Below are positions 27,274-37,808 of a stretch of 64,000 bases of DNA, one piece after another. Source of the DNA: Paraphysomonas bandaiensis (Eukaryota > Protista > Chrysophyceae). Each line of letters starts with the position of its first letter. The first letter of the stretch is position 1. The stretch lies in assembly GCA_965644295.1 (NCBI GenBank), contig CBFFRP010000134.1, positions 186,001 through 250,000 on the forward strand, given 5' to 3'. The notes under the pieces are model-generated. The model saw only the letters and a program-made list of their open reading frames with translations, did not search any database and had not been told where the DNA came from. The translations under genes and the position numbers were made by a program.

Positions 27274-27518
27274 ATGTATGTATGTATGTATGTATGTATG
27301 TATGTATGTATGTATGTATGTATGTATGTATGTATGTATGTATGTATGTATGTATGTATGTATGTATGTATGTATGTATGTATGTATGTATGTATGTATG
27401 TATGTATGTATGTATGTATGTATGTATGTATGTATGTATGTATGTATGTATGTATGTATGTATGTATGTATGTATGTATGTATGTATGTATGTATGTATG
27501 TATGTATGTATGTATGTA
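27274..27518. repeat. (TATG)n microsatellite
   Basis: Pure TATG array of about 245 bp. Confidence 0.99.
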
Positions 27519-27535
27519 TATATCTATCTATCTTA

Positions 27536-28660
27536 CTAAACTTGGTTTGCTATTCTCTGATGGATGAGCAAAGTCTGTGCATGTGGCAGCTGTTGTCTGC
27601 TCATGTCCGGTTTTGCCTTTGGCTCCCTGCAGTACGAATATGCTATGGCATTCGCCTTCCAGTACTTGTTCACAGCCTGTCTGTAAGCCTTCTCCTCCAT
27701 TAACGTGAGTGGCTGTTCCCCGAAGTCGCTTTCCTTCGGTGGCGGCTCCACCGCTACCCCACTTTGTTCTTTCCTCATGAGGAATGTCTCGAAATCCTCG
27801 ATCCATAATGTTCAACGTTATTCTCGTTCACGTATTCTCCTGGTGACGAAATTGTTACTGTCACTAGGATGCGTGGTATTGTTCATGCTGTCAATGATGA
27901 TGGTACCTATCATCTTGTTTACAAAAGCAAGAAGAGATGTGGAGTCAGTGCGCTCCAAATACTTCTCGCTTGCATCTGGTATACTTTATATGTATGCTTG
28001 TTTGTGTACACTGTACCTAATATTGAATGTAGCCCACCAGGAGAAGCCTCATAATATTCCCTCCAGTAAAAGAGACAATATTCTGAGGTGGAGTTATATC
28101 CAGGAACCCACTAAAAGGAGTGGGTAGACACAGGTGCAGTTGATTCTGCTTCAATTATTACTGGTAAACGTACCAGAAGTTCAGTTGATTATCGCTTGTA
28201 AGTGATAGCACTTTGTAATATACATAGTACTATAGTATGCATGTATTATATATATAACTGTAACCGTTACATTAACCGTTACATTCTCACTTTTTGAATC
28301 TGTAACTAATATAAAATTTATTAAATGTCTCTAAAACATGTATGTTCTCTTTACACTTAGTAACACTTACTTCTATTCACACTTAGTAACACTACATACA
28401 TATATATACATATACATTATAAATATATAATATTACTTATTGCAAAACACATCGAAAACACAACTTTTTTCGACATTTTAAAAATTTCACCAGGTTTGGT
28501 CATCACATCAACTTTTTTCTTAGGTGGTTGTTCCACCGCTACTTCACTCTGCTCTTTTCTCATGAGGAATGTCTCGAACGTTATTCTCGTTGAACTGCGG
28601 AACTACTCTTCTATCCTCCTTCTCTCCTCCTTTTTCGCTACCATGATGGAAGTTGCTCAT
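27536..28660 (-). pseudogene. Degenerate copia-like gag fragments (two partial copies) interleaved with another repeat
   Basis: FETFLMRKEQS(G/E)VAVE(P/Q)PPK occurs twice, near 27730-27795 and 28520-28585. The second copy is preceded on the minus strand by TGGTAGCGA, the motif that precedes the gag at 31543. Confidence 0.4.
28035..28515. repeat. Dispersed repeat (terminal portion of an unclassified element), homologous in inverted orientation to 54065-54091 plus 56652-57030
   Basis: Shared strings include TAACCGTTACA, TCTGTAACTAATATAAAA, GTTGATTCTGC and TTTGGTCATCACATC. Confidence 0.75.
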
Positions 28661-29413
28661 TTTAAGCTAGATCTCAGAGAGAATATGTCGTTATCCCCAT
28701 TTTGTCTCAAAAAATGCTTTTTTTTGACCTGATTTTGTCTCAACAGGGCGCTCATATCAGCACCGGGCAAATATAGACATTCAACTTCAAACAGAAGCTC
28801 ACTTCTATCTTCATTATGATAATGACAGTCGAATGTACGTGATTTTATTATAGTACACAATTATAGAGAAACCACAATCATGAGCCAAATATCAAGAGCA
28901 GATCATCTAACTCCAAGTTATATTCCATCCTTCGACTGCTGTAGATGATCATAATGAGGTCAGTGCAAGTGATCTGTCTTCATATCCAGGACTTCGAAAC
29001 AACTTCAAGAATATTACAGGAGAGTTTAAGTACCATATCTGATGCTATATAGGTGGTTAGGAGCAGTGGCACCCAGTTCTTTTAGGGTTTGAGCCATATC
29101 GTGCTCCTCATGATATTGTGTGCCTCATATCATACACACATCTTTCGATCAGGTGCACTTGCAGAGGTAAAGCCTACTGTGTATAAATGCGATGATGGTG
29201 CTAATTAAGGCAATAAGAAGCCTCTCTGTCATCTTCAACTGTTTACATTTATCATCACACTTACAGTATACATATCATTCATTTGAAACTATATGAGTTC
29301 TCATTTGTGTTATTAATTTAATCAAGGAACATCTATTTCTTAATACAGCAAGCATGCTACAAATAGCTATACAATCTAATATTAACTTTTCAACGTCATG
29401 AGGATAAGCTACA

Positions 29414-29533
29414 ATTTAACCTAGGGATAAGGAGTATCGTCCCTTGTCTAAATTTTAAAACTCGGGCTTTTCGCCCTCGTTTCAAAATTTTGAGCGCGGG
29501 ACGATATAGCCTCCTTATTGCCCGTGGTTAAAT
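29414..29533. repeat. ~120-bp imperfect palindrome (hairpin MITE-like)
   Basis: ATTTAACC..ATAAGGAG..TATCGTCCC..AAATTTT..GGGC-TTTTC-GCCC..AAAATTT..GGGACGATA..CTCCTTAT..GGTTAAAT. Confidence 0.8.
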
Positions 29534-29559
29534 ATAACTATAGACTAGATAGATTTATT

Positions 29560-31133
29560 AATATCGTTTACACGAAGTTGTGAGATACGGTCCTCAAAAC
29601 TGTAAGCGCATGGATGTTATAGTCCAGGGTAAAAATGAGGTTCATTGGTAAGTATAACGACTCATGGATTATTCATCATTAACAGCGAATAAATTTTTAT
29701 AGGTACGTTAACTCAAAGAGGAACTTGTTCATTGAACATACGAGGGAGAACAGAATGTGCAAATCTTATATAGATATGTTTCATTCCGTCAAAAGGAAAG
29801 ATCGACTTTCACTGGGGGAATGTAGGGAGAGGTGTAGTATTGTACTGATGCGTCTGAATAGAGTACTAATCATTCTGTAACAGATTTCTCAGTATGTATG
29901 TTGTTCGAGAGGTTCCCTACAAAGTGAAGCGCAGAACCTGCACCTCTCTTGTTTGTAGCTGCCCTAGGTTTTGGGACAATGGTCGATACTGCCCCCACTC
30001 GCTAGCAGTACATCACTTGAGAGGTATGGGCACAGTAACACAGACTACAAACCCAACTCCTCCTCCCAACAATCCCTACCACTCTCAACCCACACATCTG
30101 GAACTAGGTGCGCTCAGGACCCTAATTCAGAACGCTGAGCCCCCTCCAAAACCAATGGAGACCCATCCCAAAGGGAGACCCCCAGATCAATAGCGCCGGT
30201 GAGTCCACGGACACACGATAAAGGCGAATTTCATATCACACAAAAAGAACGGAAGTGGTTGCACCTTGGTGCTTGCGGCGACGCACAAGCAGCTTTCGTA
30301 GCGTTAAATAGTAGGATAAAAGAGTTTGTATTGATTAGTTACGGGTAGTGGTCTAACTAGTATGACTAGCATTCTTCTAGCCACTAATTGATGCAAGGTC
30401 TCAACGCCTATTGCTAAATAATCAGACATTCACTACATCACTTGAGAGGTATGGGTAGTACATTTCTTTCTTAATTATTATATTTCTTAATATTGCCACC
30501 AGGGGACATTGATGTGAAGCACATGTCCAGCTCGATCAGGCCTGCTAGGAAACGCGGCCGACCTCGCAATGCAGCCAAAGCTTTAATCAATGATGAATCC
30601 ATTGATGTCATGGCCCTCAAGCCAGGGAACTGGAAGAATACGTACGTTCGCCACCCCCAGTACCTGAATGGTATGTGCGTAGATTACCGCGTGGTGCCGG
30701 TATTAATCACAAGAATTAACAACTCCTTCGATGGCAGTGTCGGTTCTCGGATGCCCCTGATGACATACTTCCAACCCTAAGATTGTTGGGTTCGATGTCC
30801 ATGAAATGAAGGAGGCTGTCGAACTTCACCGGACTTGGTCACGAGAAACTGCGCATTTCTCGTTCGATTGCGAAGACGAAATGTGATGCATTGCATGTGT
30901 ACAGTAGATGCATTTGCATTAATTAATGGCTAGAGTATGCTCCCATGTTTGAGTAGAAGTTATTATTTTTGACTAGGTGAATACCTTAAAACACCTAGTC
31001 AACCTAGTCATTGTAAACTGAAAATATGAATTATTAAATGACTAGGTTTTACACCTACTTGACTAGGTTTTTACACCAATTTTGGTGTGACTAGGTAGTT
31101 CAACCATTTTGACTAGTTTGAATAATACACCCC
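29560..31133 (+). mobile_element. 5'-truncated Mutator-like element: SWIM zinc finger and AT-hook exons plus right end
   Basis: SWIM motif CSCPRFWDNGRYCPH (29953-29997) and RKRGRPR in the next exon. Subterminal GACTAGG/CCTAGTC repeats at 30970-31120, with terminus ...AATAATACACCCC. Confidence 0.7.
30031..30433 (+). mobile_element. 5'-truncated LINE, copy 2 (related subfamily), inserted at an exon/intron boundary of the MULE gene
   Basis: 22-bp TSD TACATCACTTGAGAGGTATGGG at 30009-30030 and 30434-30455. Encodes THLELGALRTLIQN...KGRPPDQ*, matching copy 1 THLVLGTLRTLMQN...KGTPPD. The 3' UTR is shared. Confidence 0.9.
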
Positions 31134-31195
31134 ATAAAAAAATTTGATTTGTCCGATTGATTTGAAACAATATGACTCCTCATATGATTTTTTAA

Positions 31196-32125
31196 TGTTA
31201 ATCAGGTAACACCTATTTCTTCTTACAGCAAGCAAGCTACTATAATATTAAGAGTTTAACATCATCGATTCAAAATTATTAGGATTCAGCTTAATACATG
31301 ATTGTATCTGTGAGTTATAATGTTCAATGAAATACACCATGAACTGAATTAGAGAGAGTATCTGTCGAAGATACGTGATCGTCATCATAACGTCGTCATT
31401 ATCAGTTACACTTCTAACAATTCCGTTATGCATGATAGCTACGTTCTATATTGTTATTCATAATTTTCACTCTATCGTGTTCATTACTTACACTCTAATA
31501 ATCACAACATTGTTTTACTATTATAAAGATCAATTCTTTATTTGGTAGCGAGATGTCAGTTAAAGTTACAAGTTACGACTCAACCGACTCGGATTCGACA
31601 ACCGACAAGCGAAAGGACTCAATGCCAATATTCGATGCGAAGAACTTCTCCAGGTGGCAGAAGAAGTGCCGTGCATGGTTCTATCGCAAGCCTAAGATCG
31701 TTTATACTCTACAGAACGATCACCCAATTGAGCCTGAAGCAGGAGAAAACTCAGATGACGAGGACTACCAGTATCGACTCGAACAGTATCAGGATGCGAA
31801 ACGATATTATGATGAAGGTAATAACTACCTATGGTCAGTCATTGCAAGCTCTATCATTGGCCAGAATGAAGAGGCTGAAGGGATTTTGGAGAACGTCCCC
31901 GATGGAGACGGTAAAACCGCCTGGACGGACTTGTTGAACCACTTCAAAGAAAAACGGCTAACGATGTAATCACCGATCTGATTGGCCAGTTTCAGAGCAT
32001 AAAAATCAAAAAAGGTCAGTCGATAATCAACTTTCTTGACGCTGTCGAAAAGCTCCGAAACAAGCTGATTAATTATGGTCATCGGATAAGTGACCAAGAT
32101 CTCATATCACGCATTCGACAAGGTC
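31196..32125 (+). mobile_element. Ty1/copia LTR-retrotransposon 5' remnant (possible LTR plus gag)
   Basis: Gag-like ORF from 31553: PIFDAKNFSRWQKK...DGKTAWTDLLNHF. After a frameshift near 31950 it reads FQSIKIKKGQSIINFLDAVEKLRNKLINYGHRISDQDLISRIRQGL (UBN2-like). A TG...CA-bounded candidate LTR at 31196-31509 is weakly supported. Confidence 0.75.
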
Positions 32126-33433
32126 TGAATCCCATGGACATGGTGGGTCCTGTGAACGAAGCCATCAAAGAACATCCAAGTCTCCACAGATCGCTGCAAC
32201 TTTACAAGTATTTGAATCCCATGGACATGGAGGGTCCTGTGAACGAAGCCATCGAAGAACATCCAAGTGTCCACAAATCCCAGCAGCTTTGCAAGTATTT
32301 GAATCCCATGGACATAGAGGGTCCTGTGAACGAAGCCATCGAAGAACATCCAAGTGTCCACAAATCCCAGCAGCTTTGCAAGTATTTGAATCCCATGGAC
32401 ATGGAGGATCCTGTGAACGAAGCCATCGAAGAACATCCAAGTGTCCATACTCTGCAGCAGCTTTGCAAGTATCTGAATCCCATGGACATGGAGGGTCCTG
32501 TAAACGAAGCCATTTCAGAACATCCAAGTGTCTATACTTTGCAGCAGTTTTGCAAGTATTTGAATCCCATGGACATAGAGGGTCCTGTAAACGAAGCCAT
32601 TTCAGAACATCCAATTGTCCATACTTTGCAGCAGCTTTGCAAGTATCTGAATCCCATGGACATGGTGGGTCCTGTGAACGAAGCCATCGAAGAACATCCA
32701 ATTGTCCATACTTTGCAGCAGCACAGCAAGTATTTGAATTCCATGGACATGGAGGTTCCTGTGACCGAAGCCATCGAAGAACATCCAAGTGTCCATACTT
32801 TGAAGCAGCTTCGCAAGTATCTGAATCCCATGGACATGGAGGGTCCTGTAAACGAAGCCATTTCAGAACATCCAAGTGTCCATACTCTGCAGCAGCTTTG
32901 CAAGTATCTGAATCCCATGGACATAGAGGGCCCTGTGAACGAAGCCATCGAAGAACATCCAAGTGTCCATACTCTGCAGCAGCATCGCAAGTATCTGAAT
33001 CCCATTCACATGGAGGGTCCTGTGACCGAAGCCACTTCAGAACGTCTATGTGTCCATTGGCTGCAGCAGCTTTGCAAGTGTCTTCAGTGAGTAAATATAT
33101 GTGTATAGGGCTGTGCATATGTGGAGGTGTGTATACGAGGCTCAGGATGTATTTCATCTGCTGTAGTCTGCCGCATTGTGCACATGTATTCATTAGTTTG
33201 GTGTATGGGCAGTCCATCGACAGAGCCCATGAGACCATTGAGTTGGTCATACAGTAGTGAGATGCATGTGACTCAAGTCTCTCTCTGCTCTTATCAATGT
33301 ATACTATATCGTGAAATCTCTTGCAAGTCATGATCACTGGAAGGACAGCCGTGTGTGGGATCAGAGAGATGATGAGACGAAGAACATCATCATTAAGAAC
33401 AGATATACTCGACTTATATGAACACTGATTCAT
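32125..33433 (-). CDS. F-box-like plus ankyrin-repeat protein (11 x 29-aa repeats), 3'-truncated and possibly a pseudogene
   Basis: N-terminal ISVLNDDVLRLIISLIP...VIMTCKRFHDI is F-box-like. Tandem 87-bp units encode TCKAAAEYGHLDVLRWLRSQDPPCPWDSD. A TGA at 32165 replaces a CGA codon in the last repeat. Confidence 0.85.
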
Positions 33434-33656
33434 AGTTGATATGAGACTAATAGAGTGGCAATACACTGCAAACTAATGCATGAGATGAGTTCATATCTAT
33501 ACAGCAGACATGCATGTACCAGTGCTGCATGTGGTATCTATACACTGACTACATACGGTATACTAAGTATAGGAACACATAGACACACAGGAGGACTTCC
33601 TGGTTCACAGAATACTCTGTATACAGTGCTGTGTACCAGTATATGATGGTATATGC

Positions 33657-33781
33657 ATGTATGTATGTATGTATGTATGTATGTATGTATGTATGTATGT
33701 ATGTATGTATGTATGTATGTATGTATGTATGTATGTATGTATGTATGTATGTATGTATGTATGTATGTATGTATGTATGTA
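33657..33781. repeat. (TATG)n microsatellite, left part of an array split by the Tc1 element
   Basis: The array resumes in phase at 37258. Confidence 0.98.
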
Positions 33782-33989
33782 TTGTGAGGGAGAGCGGGTG
33801 TGAAAAAAACTTTTTTTTCTCTCTTCTTCAATCTTCTTTGATCGCGATTACAAAACTTGCTCACCTACATTAAACAGTACCATAAACCCACAATTACCAT
33901 GATAAGCACTGCAAATCAAGGTGATTTCTTCTACAATGTGTTGAAGCAACCTTCTCTCACATGTTTGTCATTCGCAGCACCATATTTAC

Positions 33990-35021
33990 ATGTATTCCGA
34001 GGCTTTCCGTCTTTTAATTTTGGATGTGTTTGATCACTCTCTGGAAATCACAAATTCTGTGGCCGCATCACTAGATCATATATACGAGAAATACGATGTG
34101 TCCCAAAGCACAGTTAGAAGGTGGTTGGACAAATATCTGGACACTGGATCAGTTAAACCAGAGTCTTCACACCATTCGCACCACACTGTCATTTCACTCG
34201 AGCATATCAATTTTGTTAAAGAGTTGCTGGCAGAAAATTCAACTTATTCCAACGAAGAATTATGCGAAAAGGTTTTTAATGTGTACGGCGTGGCGTACTT
34301 GGAGCACCAAATGAAGCATGCCATGAACACTGAGGGCTATACCGTAAAAGTTTGTCAAAGAATTTCCCACAACAGAAATGAGGGCTTGAGGCGTTACTAT
34401 AAGAATAATTTGGCCCGATCATTGGATGAAATTCCAGCTCGCTGCTATGCTGTTGTGGACGAATCACATCTCCAGCCGGCAGAAGTTCTACGCCGATATG
34501 GGCGTTCACCACATGGCTACCCTGCCTTCGTGAGTGGTGATGTTATAGGCCACTTCAATCCCCAAGTTAGTTGTTGTGCCATTGCTGCAATGTCTATCGA
34601 AGGAGTTTTTGCTGTTACTGTACACGAAGAAAATGTTGATCATAATACATTTCTAGATGCCCTAGAACATGACATCTTTCCCCACATGAACCCTTTTCCT
34701 GGGGATCGCAGTGTGCTGCTCATGGATAATGCTTCGACGCACGTGAAGATAGATATTTATAATATGTGTGCAGAATTCGGCGTGATGGTTGTGTTTCTCC
34801 CCCCTTATTCTTATGATTTTTCACCAATTGAACCCGTATTTCATCTTGCCAAAGCGCACATTAGAAAGAAGTGGGGAATTATGTACGCATATAAACCACT
34901 TGCAGCTCAACTACATGAAGCTTTGTGGTCATGCTGTACTGCCGAAACTGCGTGCAATTTATTCAATCGAGTGGATATTACCGTTACTTGGAAAGAACAG
35001 TGCGAAGCCTGTAACTATTGA
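33990..35021 (+). CDS. Tc1/IS630-family DD34E transposase
   Basis: HTH-like VSQSTVRRWL. Catalytic triad VVDESH / LMDNAS / FSPIEPVF with 34 residues between the second D and E, plus the LPPYS motif. Intact 343-aa ORF. Confidence 0.95.
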   Translation: MYSEAFRLLILDVFDHSLEITNSVAASLDHIYEKYDVSQSTVRRWLDKYLDTGSVKPESSHHSHHTVISLEHINFVKELLAENSTYSNEELCEKVFNVYGVAYLEHQMKHAMNTEGYTVKVCQRISHNRNEGLRRYYKNNLARSLDEIPARCYAVVDESHLQPAEVLRRYGRSPHGYPAFVSGDVIGHFNPQVSCCAIAAMSIEGVFAVTVHEENVDHNTFLDALEHDIFPHMNPFPGDRSVLLMDNASTHVKIDIYNMCAEFGVMVVFLPPYSYDFSPIEPVFHLAKAHIRKKWGIMYAYKPLAAQLHEALWSCCTAETACNLFNRVDITVTWKEQCEACNY

Positions 35022-35375
35022 TCATTTGCAGATTATACTCTATACTCTACTCACTAGTTACTAATATAGATGTACTGATGATTGAATGTGATATGCTTGC
35101 TACTACTTCGTGATAGAATATGATTAATTATACGCAATAGATTCAAGTAATATTAATAAATCAAAAAAACAAAATTTTGAAAAGTTTGTGGAGAATTTAA
35201 AATATCAGTTCATACAGTTGCATACTAAGAAGAAAAAAGAAAATCGGTTAGTGAGTCTAAACCTAAATTTCGATGCATCGGAGCGTATGTGTTAAATTCA
35301 TCCAAAAATTACCAAGATTCGAAATAAATAATAAATGAGACCCGGCAGATAACGATTGACTGCAATCTGTTCTAT

Positions 35376-37060
35376 TTAGTAAGGGTCGGCAGGATAAGGA
35401 ATTTCATACTCGGCCTCATATGCTATCCACTCACCCCTCTCATCCTTTCGCATTCCTTCTCCCCAGGCAAATCGCTGTTGGCGATAACGCGATGCATAAT
35501 CAAAATCCCTGTGGCCGTGGTAATATTCTGGCGGGTAGCCATACAGCATGTGATGCGGATAATGCCGAGGAGCAGATCCCTGTGGGTAATACGGAGGAAG
35601 CTGCTGCTGAAAAGGAAAACCCCCAGTTGGATAAATAGGAGGGGGTATACCCCGTAGGGCGATGGTCCACAGTCTGGTGGAAGGGGAAAAGGGACACCAA
35701 AAGAAGGGCCACTACTTCCAGCAGGGGGAACACCAATTGGGATAGGCCAACCTTGTGCTGGAACACCTGGAGGAGCTGGTAGAGCAGGGGGCGGTGGTGG
35801 TGGCGGGTGTGGTCCTATTCGAACCGACGAGAATATGATATTTTCACGGGCTGCAGGTATTGGCTTATTACCCCCCTTGAGGTCACTATATTTTGGGAAG
35901 TCTTGACCCATCCAATCCAACTTGAGAACCCATGTATCGAGTGTCGGGTCATACTCCAACGGGTCTTCAGCTGCACGTTCTTCACCTTCTAGGGTACTAA
36001 AGTATTCACATAAGTATGTTCTTAACTGCGAGTAGCTCTTTACTTTCTTGCCCTCGGGAAGCTCGAGTAGATCTTTCAATTTGCTATCAGAAATCAAATC
36101 TTTCTTGCTCCAAGCTTTGGCACGACATCGCTCGATATGCAAGCGATTCCTTTGTGCTTCCAAATGACTCGATGTGTCCGCCGCATCATGTTCACTGGCG
36201 GTTGAAAGCTTAAGACCTGATTGACCACCGTGACCAAATCCTCTCTGCTTGCGGATACCACTTTGCATACTTTTTGGAGGATTAAGCTCGAAGAGTCTTT
36301 GACCCTCTTCACTGCACTCGGTCATGGCTTCTTTCATTGCCGGTGACCAGTACGTGTTCATATCATTTCCTGGACGATGATTCAGGCCAACTTTGAAATA
36401 TTTTGAGTGCATGTATTTACAGAGGGGAAGATCATTCTGTTTATGTTTAACAAGCGCAAGGGAAGAATCAACAAAGCTGAGCTGTCTCTGTAGTATCACA
36501 TCGTCTGGGCAATTTTGGAACGGGACACCAGCAATCACCACATAGTGGGAAGCGTTTTCCCGACAACACTTCCTATCGTGATCTGTCTGGCGTCTAGTGG
36601 GAAGTAACGGTATGTCCAATTCTCCATCGGGAGGGATCATGTGGAAATTACCAATGATACCAGAACTTGTTGCAGTTCGAACAGTAATACCTCTGCTGAA
36701 GTCTATCCTGAGTTGGTCGTTGAAGTCTGATAGTGGTGGCAATAACTTTTGATTATACGCTTGCCTCGCTACGCCCTCAACGAGTGCATGCAAGAATGCA
36801 TGACCTTTGACACGCCAGATATTACTATCGTCTTCAAAAAGATTACCTCCTGGAATCTAAAAAAAATGTTATATTAAAACATCTTTAGCAGTAATTGCAG
36901 TAATTCTCACCCAAATCGTTAATTGGTCTGTCGAAGAAGTTAACTCGGACCGATTTACAGAGAATGCCTGTGCTTCCTCTCGAAATTTAGTCAAAGCGAC
37001 AATTTTTACTCGCACCCACAGACCTTCTTCTATTTCAGAGTTTTGGCTGTCTGATGACAT
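35376..37060 (-). CDS. Transposon-borne ORF B, unknown function (spliced, Pro/Tyr-rich C-terminus)
   Basis: The ATG overlaps the inner edge of the right TIR. Exon 1 is 37060-36911, followed by a 54-bp GT-AG intron (36910-36857) and an in-frame exon 2 from 36856. An apparent 1-bp slip in the G5 run at 35641-35645 hides a YPPPIYPTGGFPFQQQLPPYYPQ...YPADPY* tail ending at 35376. The literal stop is at 35423. Confidence 0.8.
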
Positions 37061-37256
37061 GCTGCGAATGACAAACATGTGAGAGAAGGTTGCTTCAACA
37101 CATTGTAGAAGAAATCACCTTGATTTGCAGTGCTTATCATGGTAATTGTGGGTTTATGGTACTGTTTAATGTAGGTGAGCAAGTTTTGTAATCGCGATCA
37201 AAGAAGATTGAAGAAGAGAGAAAAAAAAGTTTTTTTCACACCCGCTCTCCCTCACA

Positions 37257-37257
<1 letters not shown>

Positions 37258-37287
<30 letters not shown>

Positions 37288-37329
37288 TGTATGTATGTAT
37301 GTATGTATGTATGTATGTATGTATGTATG

Positions 37330-37358
<29 letters not shown>
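37258..37358. repeat. (TATG)n microsatellite, right part of the split array
   Basis: Pure TATG run directly after the right TIR. Confidence 0.98.
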
Positions 37359-37360
<2 letters not shown>

Positions 37361-37808
37361 GTACGTTATGGAATACGTTCCATCTTACATACAAATACGA
37401 TGTACGAACCAGTTTCTGGAGATTCGCAGATTTCTCGTTTTTTTGATTTTCTATTCTACGTATTTTCTATATAGCAGCAGTATATATAGAGTATATAGAG
37501 TATATATAGTGTACTGCTGTATCTCTCTGTACACAGTCATTCAGTTAGAGTGACCTACTTCTACATGCCTATTCGTTGCTCTCTACACTTATCACACTCC
37601 TACTACACTCAACATATCCATTCTAGACATAACAACATTAACAATGGATTGATTTTGAAATATATCATCCATTAGAAGGGTATAGTTGTGTGTATTACGC
37701 CCATATAGCCATATAGCTACTAGCATAGCTGTGTATGGTCATCGAGTAGTTAACTATACATATATAAGACTATCTACCTTATAAAATAAGGTTTAGATAC
37801 GTATTATA

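Larger units (their letters stand above)
33782..37257. mobile_element. Two-gene Tc1/IS630-type DNA transposon (3476 bp) with 198-bp TIRs and a TA TSD
   Basis: Left TIR 33782-33979 (TTGTGAGGGAGAGCGGG...TTCGCAGCA) is the reverse complement of 37060-37257. TA flanks lie at 33780-33781 and 37258-37259. Confidence 0.95.

Noticed and set aside
32107-33257. Multiple long overlapping ORFs across the ankyrin array as independent genes
   Set aside because: These are a by-product of an 87-bp repeat lacking stops in several frames. Only the gag-fused frame is noted as a finding.
35376-37060. Fanzor/TnpB identity for ORF B
   Set aside because: No recognisable RuvC I/II/III motifs or CxxC zinc finger, and no evident omega-RNA position. 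A profile or structure search is needed to exclude it fully.
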